Below are positions 48,868 to 58,508 of a DNA stretch of 64,000 bases, in pieces. The stretch spans positions 1,612,001 to 1,676,000 of the forward strand of contig CM060731.1 of the NCBI GenBank assembly GCA_030704615.1, read 5' to 3'. The notes under the pieces were generated by a model, which searched no databases, was not told the origin of the DNA, and saw only the letters and a program-made list of their open reading frames with translations. A program made the position numbers and the translations under genes. Each line of letters starts with the position of its first letter. The first letter of the stretch is position 1. The DNA comes from Takakia lepidozioides (taxonomy: Eukaryota; Plantae; Bryophyta).

Positions 48868-50756
48868 AGAGGTGGCTGCCCCAATAACACACCGGCTGCA
48901 CTAGCCTTGGTAGCAGGTGTCAGTGCTGCACGTGTAGCTCTCCCCAATGGCATAGTAACCTCCGCCTCGGTAACAGTCGGGCGAGAACTAGGTGCCATGG
49001 ATGGCGTTGACACTGTCTCCGCCAAGGTGAATGACTGAGGCAGCCTTGCCTGACGGCTTGCCTCCCCACGTTGTGGATCCAACTCCACCTCTGCACCTCG
49101 TGGCTCAGGAACTCGTGTTGCTCCTCGAGTCACGGCTGCAGCAGACTCCACCTGCTCTAGTGGTAGTGCTGCTCCGCACATGAATCCCATGCCTCCCATA
49201 TCTCCTCCCTCAGGAGCAGGAGGTGGGCCATCCCGCCTGGGAGCCGGTACCGCCTGAGCTATAGCCATGGCAGCGAGCCTCTGCTCTAGCTGCTGAAGCC
49301 GATTGGCCATGCCTTGGTCAACACCCTGACCTCCGCGTCCTTGGCCATGTGGAGCTTGCCCTTGGCCTGCACCTCGTGCCCGACCACCTCGTCCTCTTTG
49401 GGCTGGTCCACCTCGCCCCCGGCCACCATTGTTCCCTTGGAACTGGCCTGGGCGCAACTCAGGATGCAAGTCATAACACTGGGCATCTCCATGCCCATAC
49501 TTGCCACAATGCCCACACTGCAACTGTGCAGGCTGTGCTTGTGCCGGCCTTCTGCCACTCTCTGGGCAATCTCTCTTGACATGGGGTCCTCCACATGTCC
49601 AACATATCACCCCTGGTTGCTGTTGGCCTGCAAAAGATGCCACGGGCCTCTGCACCTGAGGTCCCCTGTAAGCTCCATGGAACTTGGGCTGGGCAACCTT
49701 GCCCCCCTGACCACGCTGTTGGGCAGTCCCTTGTGCTTGTGGGCTGACAGCTGTGCCCCGTACAGGCATGTCCTTGCCAAATCCAATTGTAACAACTCGC
49801 TCCTCCACCATGTTGAGCTCAATCCGCTCAGCCAGCAGAAACACATCTGCTAATGTGGGTTGGGCTGCTTGTAACAGGGTTGCATCTCGCACCCTTCTCT
49901 TGAGCTCCTTGTCCAGAATTCCATACCAAAACTGGATTGCCTGAGCTTCAGTAACCCCTTGGGTCACACTTATCAAGCGCCTCATACGAGTGTACGCCTC
50001 TCGCAGGCTCTCACTGGGTTTGCGCTGGAAGTCTTGCAAACTTCGCAGCTTCTCTGTCCGTACACCTTGGTAGTTCCTCCGCAACTCCTGGAAGAACTCC
50101 ACCACCGGGTTGAATCTAGGCACATGTGTTGTAGTCGTGGCAGGAGTAGTAGCACCTTTTGAACTGGTACCACCTGCAGAAGTACCAGCACTACTTGCTC
50201 CACTACTAGTGCTGGCAGTGGGAGCTATTGGTACTGATGCAGCTACTGGTCGCGTCGTGCCTCGAGTAATGGAGACGTAGTCAGGTGACCAATACATCCT
50301 CCACTCCTCAATCTCTGCTTCATGTCCTCGCCTGAACTCGTGGTAATCGTCCATAGGCGGGCCTTCCAAATGCTGGAACAGTCCCTTCCACGCCATGAAT
50401 GGGGTGAATAGCTGTGGATTGCGCATCTGCTGCAAATCACACCAGCTGTCGAACTCCTGGATAAAGTCATCCAACTCGATTGTGCCCACAGCTCCAGAGT
50501 ACCTACGAGGCCCCTTGGTAGCTCCATACATCTCCTCCATGTCGTCCCACAACAATGGCGAATGAAAGTGCACACCTGTTGATGAAGCCTCCGAGTCTGT
50601 GTCTGACTCTACAGTAGTTGAGGGTGGCGGTGAAGGTGGTCTGAACCGAATACCTCGTCTTGTGAACCCACTCTCACTGTCACTGCTTGTAGCCGTACTC
50701 CCCTCAAAACCCTTGGGTAACTCCGTAATGACACTCACAATGTGCACCTCCTCCAC
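48834..50756 (-). CDS. Gag with two zinc knuckles
   Basis: FQRKPSESLREAYTRM (gag major-homology-like), CWTCGGPHVKRDC and CGHCGKYGHGDAQC. Confidence 0.88.
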   Translation of the reverse strand: MEEVHIVSVITELPKGFEGSTATSSDSESGFTRRGIRFRPPSPPPSTTVESDTDSEASSTGVHFHSPLLWDDMEEMYGATKGPRRYSGAVGTIELDDFIQEFDSWCDLQQMRNPQLFTPFMAWKGLFQHLEGPPMDDYHEFRRGHEAEIEEWRMYWSPDYVSITRGTTRPVAASVPIAPTASTSSGASSAGTSAGGTSSKGATTPATTTTHVPRFNPVVEFFQELRRNYQGVRTEKLRSLQDFQRKPSESLREAYTRMRRLISVTQGVTEAQAIQFWYGILDKELKRRVRDATLLQAAQPTLADVFLLAERIELNMVEERVVTIGFGKDMPVRGTAVSPQAQGTAQQRGQGGKVAQPKFHGAYRGPQVQRPVASFAGQQQPGVICWTCGGPHVKRDCPESGRRPAQAQPAQLQCGHCGKYGHGDAQCYDLHPELRPGQFQGNNGGRGRGGPAQRGRGGRARGAGQGQAPHGQGRGGQGVDQGMANRLQQLEQRLAAMAIAQAVPAPRRDGPPPAPEGGDMGGMGFMCGAALPLEQVESAAAVTRGATRVPEPRGAEVELDPQRGEASRQARLPQSFTLAETVSTPSMAPSSRPTVTEAEVTMPLGRATRAALTPATKASAAGVLLGQPPLCVKPHCSRQP

Positions 50757-51275
50757 GTGACACTATAAGGCTCTAGTACTAATCTAATAGTGACACGGGT
50801 GGGCACCTGTTGCAGTCTAAGGGTCATATCCCAATGGCTCAGGGCACCTGCACCTGCATCCACCGCAAGAACTCCTATGGTTGGCTGGTCATCAACCCAG
50901 CCTCACCATAGAAGAAACACTGGTGGTCTTGCTGGTCATCACTCCAGCCTCACCACCGACAGCATACTCTAGGATTGACCGGTGATCAAATCCGGCCTAA
51001 TCCCTATGAAAGCAAGCGCCCACACAAAACCAACATGGCGCACAGTCAAGCATGCAGGTGTTGGGGGGGATCCAAACACAAGAAATCAAAACATCAACAC
51101 CCCCACACCAAAATCCAGCAGCAACGCTGATCCTGCAGAATATCCCAGCCCAAAACCCCGGACTGACTGGCCTCCACCAAGAGAGGCTTTGGCAACTACA
51201 AGTACAAGGTAATGAAAATAGTACAGAGATGGAGGGGAAGAATAGAAGCCCGCCCAAGCAAGATCTAATCCTGAT

Positions 51276-52025
51276 CTATGCTATCAACTTCCAGACTTCT
51301 CTCAAAGTGCCTCGCTCTGCTTGATGGTAAGGTGTAGGAGGTATATCTATGTCCAGAAACCTGCCACTAACCTTGTCCCAAGCTACAGTAGCTCGCTCTA
51401 ACCAACCCTCCTCCTCTTTCTGCCAGGTAGAGACAAAGCAACACTCTGCTATCTCCCGCTCACTGAACACTAAAGAAAACAAAGGTAGGGTCTGATAGTC
51501 TCTCAACTCGAAAGCTTTGAGACGGTTGCGGGTGTCTTCATTGCGAATGACTGCATCGCCTTCAAACAGAACAAACTTGTCCTCGCTAATGAACCCCCGC
51601 TCGTGGTTGCCTTGTGCAGAGCGTGTCCGACTGCAACACTGTCTAATTGCACAAACTTGTGCAGCTCCTGCTCCTCTGCTCCAGTACACCACGGCCTTGT
51701 GGCTGAACACCTTGGTCCCCGGGGCTGTCTTTGGCTGTGTTCCAAGCCTAGCTTTCACCCACTTTGGTATTTCACCTACAGCTGCAGAACTGCTGGCTCC
51801 AACAGAGTTCTGACTGTCCAAGGCGATATTGAGGCCCTCAATGCCAACTACAGCAGTCTGTTGTCTACTGCTAATGCCTGACTCCCAGTATGCAATCAAC
51901 TCGTCCAACTGTTCTCCACTCAAATCAGTCTGAGTTCCTTGGGAAACATAAATCGTGTCCCCTTGTGTGCACAGACTAAGAGAAGAGACCTGCCCTTCAA
52001 TTACGTCCTCATTTCCCCCAGCCAT
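51276..52025 (-). CDS. Element-borne accessory ORF of unknown function (249 aa) upstream of gag
   Basis: Open 249-codon ATG ORF in element sense orientation, with a globular-looking C-terminal half. No family recognised. Confidence 0.45.
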   Translation of the reverse strand: MAGGNEDVIEGQVSSLSLCTQGDTIYVSQGTQTDLSGEQLDELIAYWESGISSRQQTAVVGIEGLNIALDSQNSVGASSSAAVGEIPKWVKARLGTQPKTAPGTKVFSHKAVVYWSRGAGAAQVCAIRQCCSRTRSAQGNHERGFISEDKFVLFEGDAVIRNEDTRNRLKAFELRDYQTLPLFSLVFSEREIAECCFVSTWQKEEEGWLERATVAWDKVSGRFLDIDIPPTPYHQAERGTLREVWKLIA

Positions 52026-52727
52026 GCATGGAGTACATCCACCAATTTGTCTCTCATATAGACCAGCACAGGTTCTAGAGACAGGATTGTGGATCTTTCA
52101 TGGCACACTCACACTCTAAAAATTCCATAGATTTTTAGCAGAGTCCCCAAAACAGAAACCAGGTTTAGATAGGTAGATTTCCCCTTTCTGCAGCTATCCC
52201 CCCAAAAACTGGGTCAAACAGAGTCCATTTGACAAAGATATGATGAATTTGGCTCCAAATCATTCAAATTAGATTAAAAAGGGGTTTTTTTTTTTTTTTT
52301 TTTAAAGGTTTTCAAGTTTTAAAAATTCAAAGTTACACCCAAAATATCTGGTAACTGGTTCCCGGTTCCCTAAGTTCTATATGGCATCCTAGGTTCCCTG
52401 GCCACGTGCCTGCTGTTCCCCTCCATTTCATTTGAGTTCAACAGCTCACCATGCTTTGGAATCCCAACCGTCTTCTACCACAAACCGTGGTGACGATGGA
52501 GTTCGTGAAGCGATCCTTCCCAGTGAACCCTCGAGAGACGAGTCCCCTGTGCACTTGATATACACTCTCTTAATAGAGATCAAAATCAGCAAGGAGACAC
52601 CATTGACGACACCCAGAGATCAGAGACAAGTACTTGCGCAGTTCGGAGGCCACAGCATCCCCTCTGGACACTGAGCGGGGAATAGCTGCTACACAGCAGC
52701 TCAGTCTATCGTCAGCTCCTATACCTA

Positions 52728-53144
52728 CTAGCTTCCTGCCCCTGCCATAATCAAAGAGACAAGTGACACAACACCAGCTGGAAACACCTTTCCTGAATTT
52801 TTGTATCGAGAGCCCATCACAAACAAGAGAAGCCCTGAAACAGCAACACCGATAGAGGACGCAAGGACAGGGTTCGAGGGCAGGTTCAGATAGACATAAT
52901 AGAGGATCAGAGCTGACCCTCCCCCTGACAGCAATGACTTGCTGCTCCCAGATTTTGCAAATCCGATCACTCCTCCCAGACCAACAAGGACTGCATACGC
53001 CAAGGTCAGCCTCTGCGACATAGACAGCTTCATCTTTCCGTCACCACTTCCCTCTTCCTGTCCTCCCTCACCACCGTTCCTGTTGCCTCCATTGCCCGAC
53101 ACTTGGGTTACATGCTCAGCCAGACCTTCAAAAACCTGGCCCAA
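52728..53144 (-). pseudogene. FAX4: Intronless copy of plastid fatty acid export protein (TMEM14 family, FAX4-like)
   Basis: Gly-rich linker then LSMSQRLTLAYAVLVGLGGVIGFAKSGSSKSLLSGG..LPSNPVLASSIG..MGSRYKNSGKVFPAGVVSLVSLIM. No introns. The N-terminus has decayed and the C-terminus appears truncated. Confidence 0.85.
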
Positions 53145-53984
53145 AATTCACTGGCTGCTCGGACACTGACATGACCAAACCTCTTTAACTCCAATCAGCC
53201 TGCTGCTGAGTTACGATCTCATCACCAAGCAAAATCTATCCCAATGCCCAGTTGAGCTGCCAGTCTCGCATTCACTTTCCCCACCAAGGCAGCTGCAATA
53301 CACTGACTGTCTTAGCTCCCTCCATGACAACCTCCCGCATTTGGGCAAGTTCAGCTTCACGGACCTCCCAGCGACTTAGCAGCTGCTTCAGGTCATGGTC
53401 CTAGCTAGCGCATGCTGGGCTGCAACCAGTTGCAGATCCTTATCGTGTAGAAACCCCTTCACTGCTCTCTTTCCATCTCCTGATGCCATGCTCCATCCTC
53501 CAGCCACTTCACTTGTTTCAGGCACCCAGGTCCCTATGGGCAGGTCACATGCTCCTGTGCCAGCCAGAACAGTGACATTCGACCCCTTCGTCTTCAGGAA
53601 CAAGCTGGTAGCTTCCTTGATGTCATCAGTTTCCTGGACACTTAAACGGCAGTATGGTCGCCACCTCTGATTGAGGCAGTAGTGGTGACGAAAGGAGAAG
53701 AGAACACAGGGAAAGAGCGAGGAAAAATAAGGGCGGAGAACTGCTCATGTCAAAAGGTCAAAGCCAGAGAGGTCGAAACATTGTGCGAAGGGGGACCGTG
53801 TTTCTGCTGCCCTCTCCCACTTCAGCGCAACATTCAGCGTCCAGAGAGTGAAGTCCCTCAAAATTTAGAGAGTGAACCCACCGGCAACAGGAGTGCTCTC
53901 AAGCGGACATTGAGCGCCCTCCACTGACTCAGTTGAGTGTGCAAACCTTTCTGCTCATGCAGTTCCAGCAGTCAATACTCACTC

Positions 53985-54476
53985 CTAGTGATGATGATGC
54001 TCATGCCCTAGAAGACCACCCTCTCCTATCACCTTCAACTGAAAGACTTGGCTGCAGACTGAGCATTCATACTATTTGTCCTTCTCCAGCTTGAACCATG
54101 TCACATCATGCTCATCCTCACCAACACCTCCTGAGCACCCAACTATCCGCTCATCATAGTGTGACTCCACAATTGCAGGGGCATCCTTGGTTCCAAAGGG
54201 ACCACGAGGCGGATCCAGATCAAAGCGCTTCCCACCCGAGCGCTCCGCTTCCAACTCCTCCAGCTCAACTCCTGTTCCAATTCCAAAATCGCCCGAGCTG
54301 CCTCCTGCACTTGCCAAATCACGACTACGATGCAACCACCGCGCATATGAGAGACCCCGATGTTCTGATTACTCCGCTTGCAGTTGCGGGTTACACAGCA
54401 ATGTCGGTGGAGGCACACATGGTACACGCCTGGATGCAACCAACCGTGAGAGCCTGCATCCAGCCGTCCTCAACAT
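53985..54476 (-). pseudogene. COX5B: Intronless full-length copy of cytochrome c oxidase subunit 5b with two premature stops
   Basis: 164-codon frame: MLRTAGCRLSRL (presequence-like)...GPFGTKDAPAIVESHYDERIVGCSGG.GEDEHDVTWFKL..*YECSVCSQVFQL..HHHH. Stops at 54369 and 54072. Confidence 0.88.
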
Positions 54477-54777
54477 AGCGCCCCACTCCCTCTGGGCCTT
54501 GCCATCACACCACCAGCTGCCATCGACATATCCTCCGCAGCCGGCGACGCCCTTACAGTGGAAGCACACCTCGCCAATGCCAACAGAAATATGGGCAGAC
54601 CACCATTACTCTCTCTTCTACCACACCATTGCGACTGGAGATGTGAGGTGAACTCAAGCTAGAGCCGTTCTATGCTCCTTGCTTGAGCTGCGTACAAGAC
54701 CATGACCATCTATATTATAATAGTGCTTAAAAAAACAAAAACATCATATCTAGCTTAGCACTGGAAAACTAGATAGT

Positions 54778-54793
54778 GCTCATCTCTCTCGAG
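54778..54793 (-). promoter_or_regulatory. Probable self-priming primer-binding site
   Basis: Abuts the 5' repeat. 54778-54794 is the perfect reverse complement of 54984-55000 inside the repeat. There is no TGG tRNA-type PBS. Confidence 0.7.
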
Positions 54794-55150
54794 TGATAAC
54801 CAAACTAGATAAGGACACACACTCTCAACACAAGAAATATGCAATCCCTCAACATCACTCTTTAAGATAATAGTCGAGCCAGGGGCACCCCAAGCTATGG
54901 GGACTCCACCCCACAACAACCTACACTCCCATCATAAGCACACTCAGATCTGAAGAATGCAGGAGCTCGGTCGCGCAGGCTCAACTCGAGAGAGATGAGC
55001 TGCGCGACTGCCGCTCTCGTGAAGATAAGACGGACCAGGTGTCAAACTAAACTTGACACCTGATTTAACACTTGACCTAAATCCAAGTGTTAAATACAAA
55101 TAACTAGTTTTATGCTAGCTGTTTTCACACTGTGCTTATTTAACTTGACA
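54794..55150 (-). repeat. 5' terminal repeat B
   Basis: TGATAACC...AACTTGACA, a near-identical copy of 42747-43102. Confidence 0.93.
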
Positions 55151-56379
55151 TGATTCTGGTTTCAAATCCTGCTACCTTGTCAAGTGTGGTATGATCTTCC
55201 CCTCCTTCCCTTGGGTTGTGTCCCATGAGCCTTGTGCTTTGAAGCCTCATGACGAGGTTACTTGGAAAGAGGTTATTTTCTCTTCTCATTATACTTAAGG
55301 GGCCTGATTTGTGAGAGGTAGCTCCCCGGTAAAATAAAATACAACCAAAAATGTTGAGAACATGCGAATACATGATATTCCACTTCTTATAATAGAATAA
55401 GAATCTTGGACTCTAAAGAGTCTAATTTAGCAATGAACTCATATTTTTTGTGGCTTTGTCTTGGTTTGAGTCAGAATCTAGCTACATCCATGACAAACTC
55501 TGTGAAAAAAAAACTAAAAGGTGGACGCGTTGCCGAAGCATGTGTAACTTATGGTGTCACTTGACCCAGAAGGGCTATTGCCTTCCGGTAGGAAGGTGGA
55601 TACCTTTGTAACAACCATCATGGTATACTCTGTAATTGGTGTAGTGGCTTTAAAAATTTACGATCATGTGTGGGAAAATAAAATAAAATGTGGAGGCGCT
55701 ACTGAAACAAGTGTAATTATGGTGTCACTACTGCCTTCTAGTGGGAAGGTGGACACCTTTATGACATCCAACATGTGGTTTGAACCTGTAGGACTTGAGT
55801 CTTGGTGTAGGTAGTGCCCACATACTACCATCAACCCATTGCAACTTTAATTATGAGAGTAAACAACATACATGGGAGGGCCGTGGTCTCGCCCACCCTC
55901 CCTCCAGACTCCTCGCCCACGAAGCTCTTCAATAGGCCGAATTTGCTGCGCATTCATCTCCTTGCGCTTCAACTATCCTCATCCTCACACAACAGAGAAC
56001 ACCTACCACCTCCCACCCACTTCTACACCTCCCTACTGGGGTCAAGCTATTAGCCACAATTGACCCAAACCAGCTTAAGTATACTCATACCCCTCCTTTT
56101 CCCAAATACCTCTAGCAGAAGGAACCTACCCTAACCCTCATCCTGCATGTCCAAAACCCCTATCATGTTGACATACCTACACATTTCTTTCGCGAAGTAA
56201 AACATCTACTAACCATAACACAAAATAAATGCCATCATCCACCATCCATCTACCCCTCATTGCACAAGCACATCTACCCCCCTCCCTCGAATTAAAACAA
56301 ATAAAGCCTGGATTGGGGCACTGCCGCGCCCCCCCCAGGCCACATTAGCAAAACCCCCCCCCCAATCCCCTCGTTATAT

Positions 56380-57006
56380 ATGCAAACCCACACCCTCAAG
56401 TACCCTCCTGCGAACTCTCACTACACTGATGGATCCCTTACTAAATCTAATGCAGGCTACGGTATCTACCATGCAGGAACAGGGAGAGGGGTTGCCCTCA
56501 GTCTCCCTGGCCCTGCAACCATTCACAGGGCCGAGCTTATGGTCATCTGCGACGCTCTCCTCCTACTTGACACCTTCCCCCCTCCATACTTCATCTTCAC
56601 CAACAACCTTATCTCCTTATTCCTCATCCGCAACCACATCGCTCACCCCTCCTCTCACCACCATCATCCTAACCGTAACCTTATTTCAGCCATTGTAAAT
56701 GCTGCCGTCTCTAAAAAGCACCCAACCCACCTTCTCAAAATATGCTCGCACACTGACATTCAAGGGAATGAGGAGGCCGACCTCCTTGCTCAACGTGGTG
56801 CCACCAAACCCAAAGCTAACCCCACGGACGACCCTATTCACATCGCCCACACCCACCCTTTCTGGTTTATACACCCAATTCCGGACCCTACGGCACCACA
56901 ACCCATACGCAATCTCTTGGTTTTGGGGGCAAATATGCCTTTTTTGAGGCAAATTAGGAAGCAGAATATCTTCGCTCCACGGTGCTGGCACATTCTGCAT
57001 TCCTAA
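56380..57006 (+). pseudogene. RNase H domain remnant of a non-LTR retrotransposon
   Basis: YTDGS, IHRAEL..I..AL, IFTN and KICSH.DIQGNEEADLLA. Confidence 0.75.
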
Positions 57007-57087
57007 TCGATTGTTTGACTTTTAGCTGCACATTATGGCCTGCAGCCAATCACAAGCCTCATAATCTGCCCCCAAAATTCCTTTACA

Positions 57088-57330
57088 CCAGGGAATGCGC
57101 CCCCTAGTGCGCATTATGGCTCCTAGTACCCCTAGTGACTCACTAAGAGCCATAATGCACCCTAGGGGCATGTTCTCTAGTACGTTGAATTGCTGGAGAA
57201 AAAATGATTAATTTTACTCGCAATACCGGCCTCGCCCTAGTGACTTACTAGGAGCCATAATGCGCCCTAGGGGGCGCGTTCTCTAGTACGTTGAATTGCT
57301 GGAGAAAAGTGATTATTTTTACTCGCAATA
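57088..57330. repeat. Small foldback/MITE-like element with ~105-bp internal duplication
   Basis: 57088-57128 is inverted against 57247-57286 (TACTAGGAGCCATAATGCGC.CTAGGGGGCGC). CCCTAGTGACT...TTTTACTCGCAATAC is duplicated. Confidence 0.5.
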
Positions 57331-57778
57331 CTTATCTTGTTTCTTGTTTTCTTTAAAAGAAAAAGATAAAAACACATATGATTAATGCTCAATCATTTGA
57401 TTATCTCTATTTTTTTAAAAACCCTAAATAATCAAGAAAATAAAAATAAAATTGACTCAGGCATAAAAAAAACCTCATTGTTAATTATAGTGTCAGTAAA
57501 ATTTAATAGGCCATGGCCTTGAATGAATGAAGGAAAAAACAAAGCAGCCTTGTTTTTCTTTTCTTTTTTGGGAAAAGGGGACTGAAGCCCTTTAAGAATT
57601 TTATTTCAGCAAAGGCGAGGAAAAAATAACCTGGCAACGGCCTCTCATTGAGGAGCAGGTCATTAACAAGACTTACCCAGGGTTGACAGTAAAACTTCAG
57701 TATAACACTCTTCTTCTGGTTCCTGCTCAACAACCTCTCTGTATCAATACCATTTATGGCCATAATCTATAGCAGCTT

Positions 57779-57852
57779 GCTCCCGTAGCTCAGTTGGTTA
57801 GAGCATCGGTCTTATGAGCCGAAGGTCGCGGGTTCGAACCCCGCCGGGAGCA
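57779..57852 (+). tRNA. tRNA-Ile (anticodon UAU), intronless
   Basis: Acceptor stem GCTCCCG/CGGGAGC, D arm TAGCTCAGTTGGTTAGAGC, anticodon loop CT-TAT-GA and T loop GGTTCGAACC. T-run about 35 bp downstream. Confidence 0.95.
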
Positions 57853-57969
57853 TATCTCCCGTATTCAAGTGAAACGGCGCTGATTCTTTTATTGTATACT
57901 ACTTTACAAGTTCTAATAGTCCAAGTTTCCCTTTTTTATTTTCTTAATTCTATCTAGAAAAACGGAAAC

Positions 57970-58110
57970 CTCGCCGTGAAGAAGGACACTGCCCAAGGGA
58001 AGGGGGAGGAGAACATGAACACACTTACCACACCAAACAACGTAGCAGGATTTGACCCAGAATCATCTAGATGGCACTCAGTGGACTATCCAACTGAGCT
58101 ACTGACTGGT
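57970..58110 (-). repeat. tRNA-derived SINE-like repeat; a 3' part recurs at ~55151-55225 (+)
   Basis: The minus strand has A-box TAGCTCAGTTGG and B-box-like GGTCAAATCC. TGATTCTGG.TCAAATCCTGCTAC.TTG...CCTTCCCTTGGG is shared with 55151 onward. Confidence 0.45.
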
Positions 58111-58508
58111 GTAAGTCTGCTCTGCACTGACACATGAGTCAGTTGCTGGTCAACAGTGTATTCGACCAATGATTTTAATTTTTCCGAATTATATTTTCGA
58201 GGGGAAGGAATCAGGATGTGTTTGATGGCAAATCGCGGAGGGACAGTCAGACAAACGCGCAGACGTCCCGTTTAATCCCTCTCACAAGTTGTGCTCATTT
58301 CGAGGCCGTTTCCATGCTCAGATTGGGCTCAAGGGTTGGGAGAGTGAGAGAGAGGGGGGAGAGGGGGAGAGGGGAAGAGAGAGTGTGCCAAGCAGGCATG
58401 GTAGCTAGGTCATCAGAACGGACAGACGTTGGGGAGGTTTGAAGGAAACAAGAAGCAGGGAGCGGGCAGAAAGCAGGAGCAAGAACGATAGCGCTGGTGA
58501 CAGGAAGC

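Larger units (their letters stand above)
42661..55150 (-). mobile_element. Ty3/gypsy retrotransposon with C5-DNA methyltransferase, PHD finger, captured host genes and permuted terminal repeats
   Basis: Repeat B at 42747-43102 and 54794-55150, with only a few differences. Repeat A at 42661-42745 and 43105-43189. PPT at 43190-43200. Order gag-PR-DNMT-RT-RH-INT-PHD. No perfect TSD (TGGT vs TGAT). Confidence 0.92.

Noticed and set aside
52285-52303. Poly(A) tail of the captured FAX4 mRNA (T-run on the + strand)
   Set aside because: It lies about 420 bp from a C-terminally truncated copy, inside AT-rich sequence, and could be ordinary element leader sequence.
42661-55150. Classifying the element as DIRS/PAT (tyrosine recombinase) because of split repeats and a methyltransferase
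   Set aside because: It encodes an aspartic protease and a DDE integrase with a PPT. No tyrosine recombinase motif was seen, and the MTase is C5-type, not the DIRS Dam-like type.
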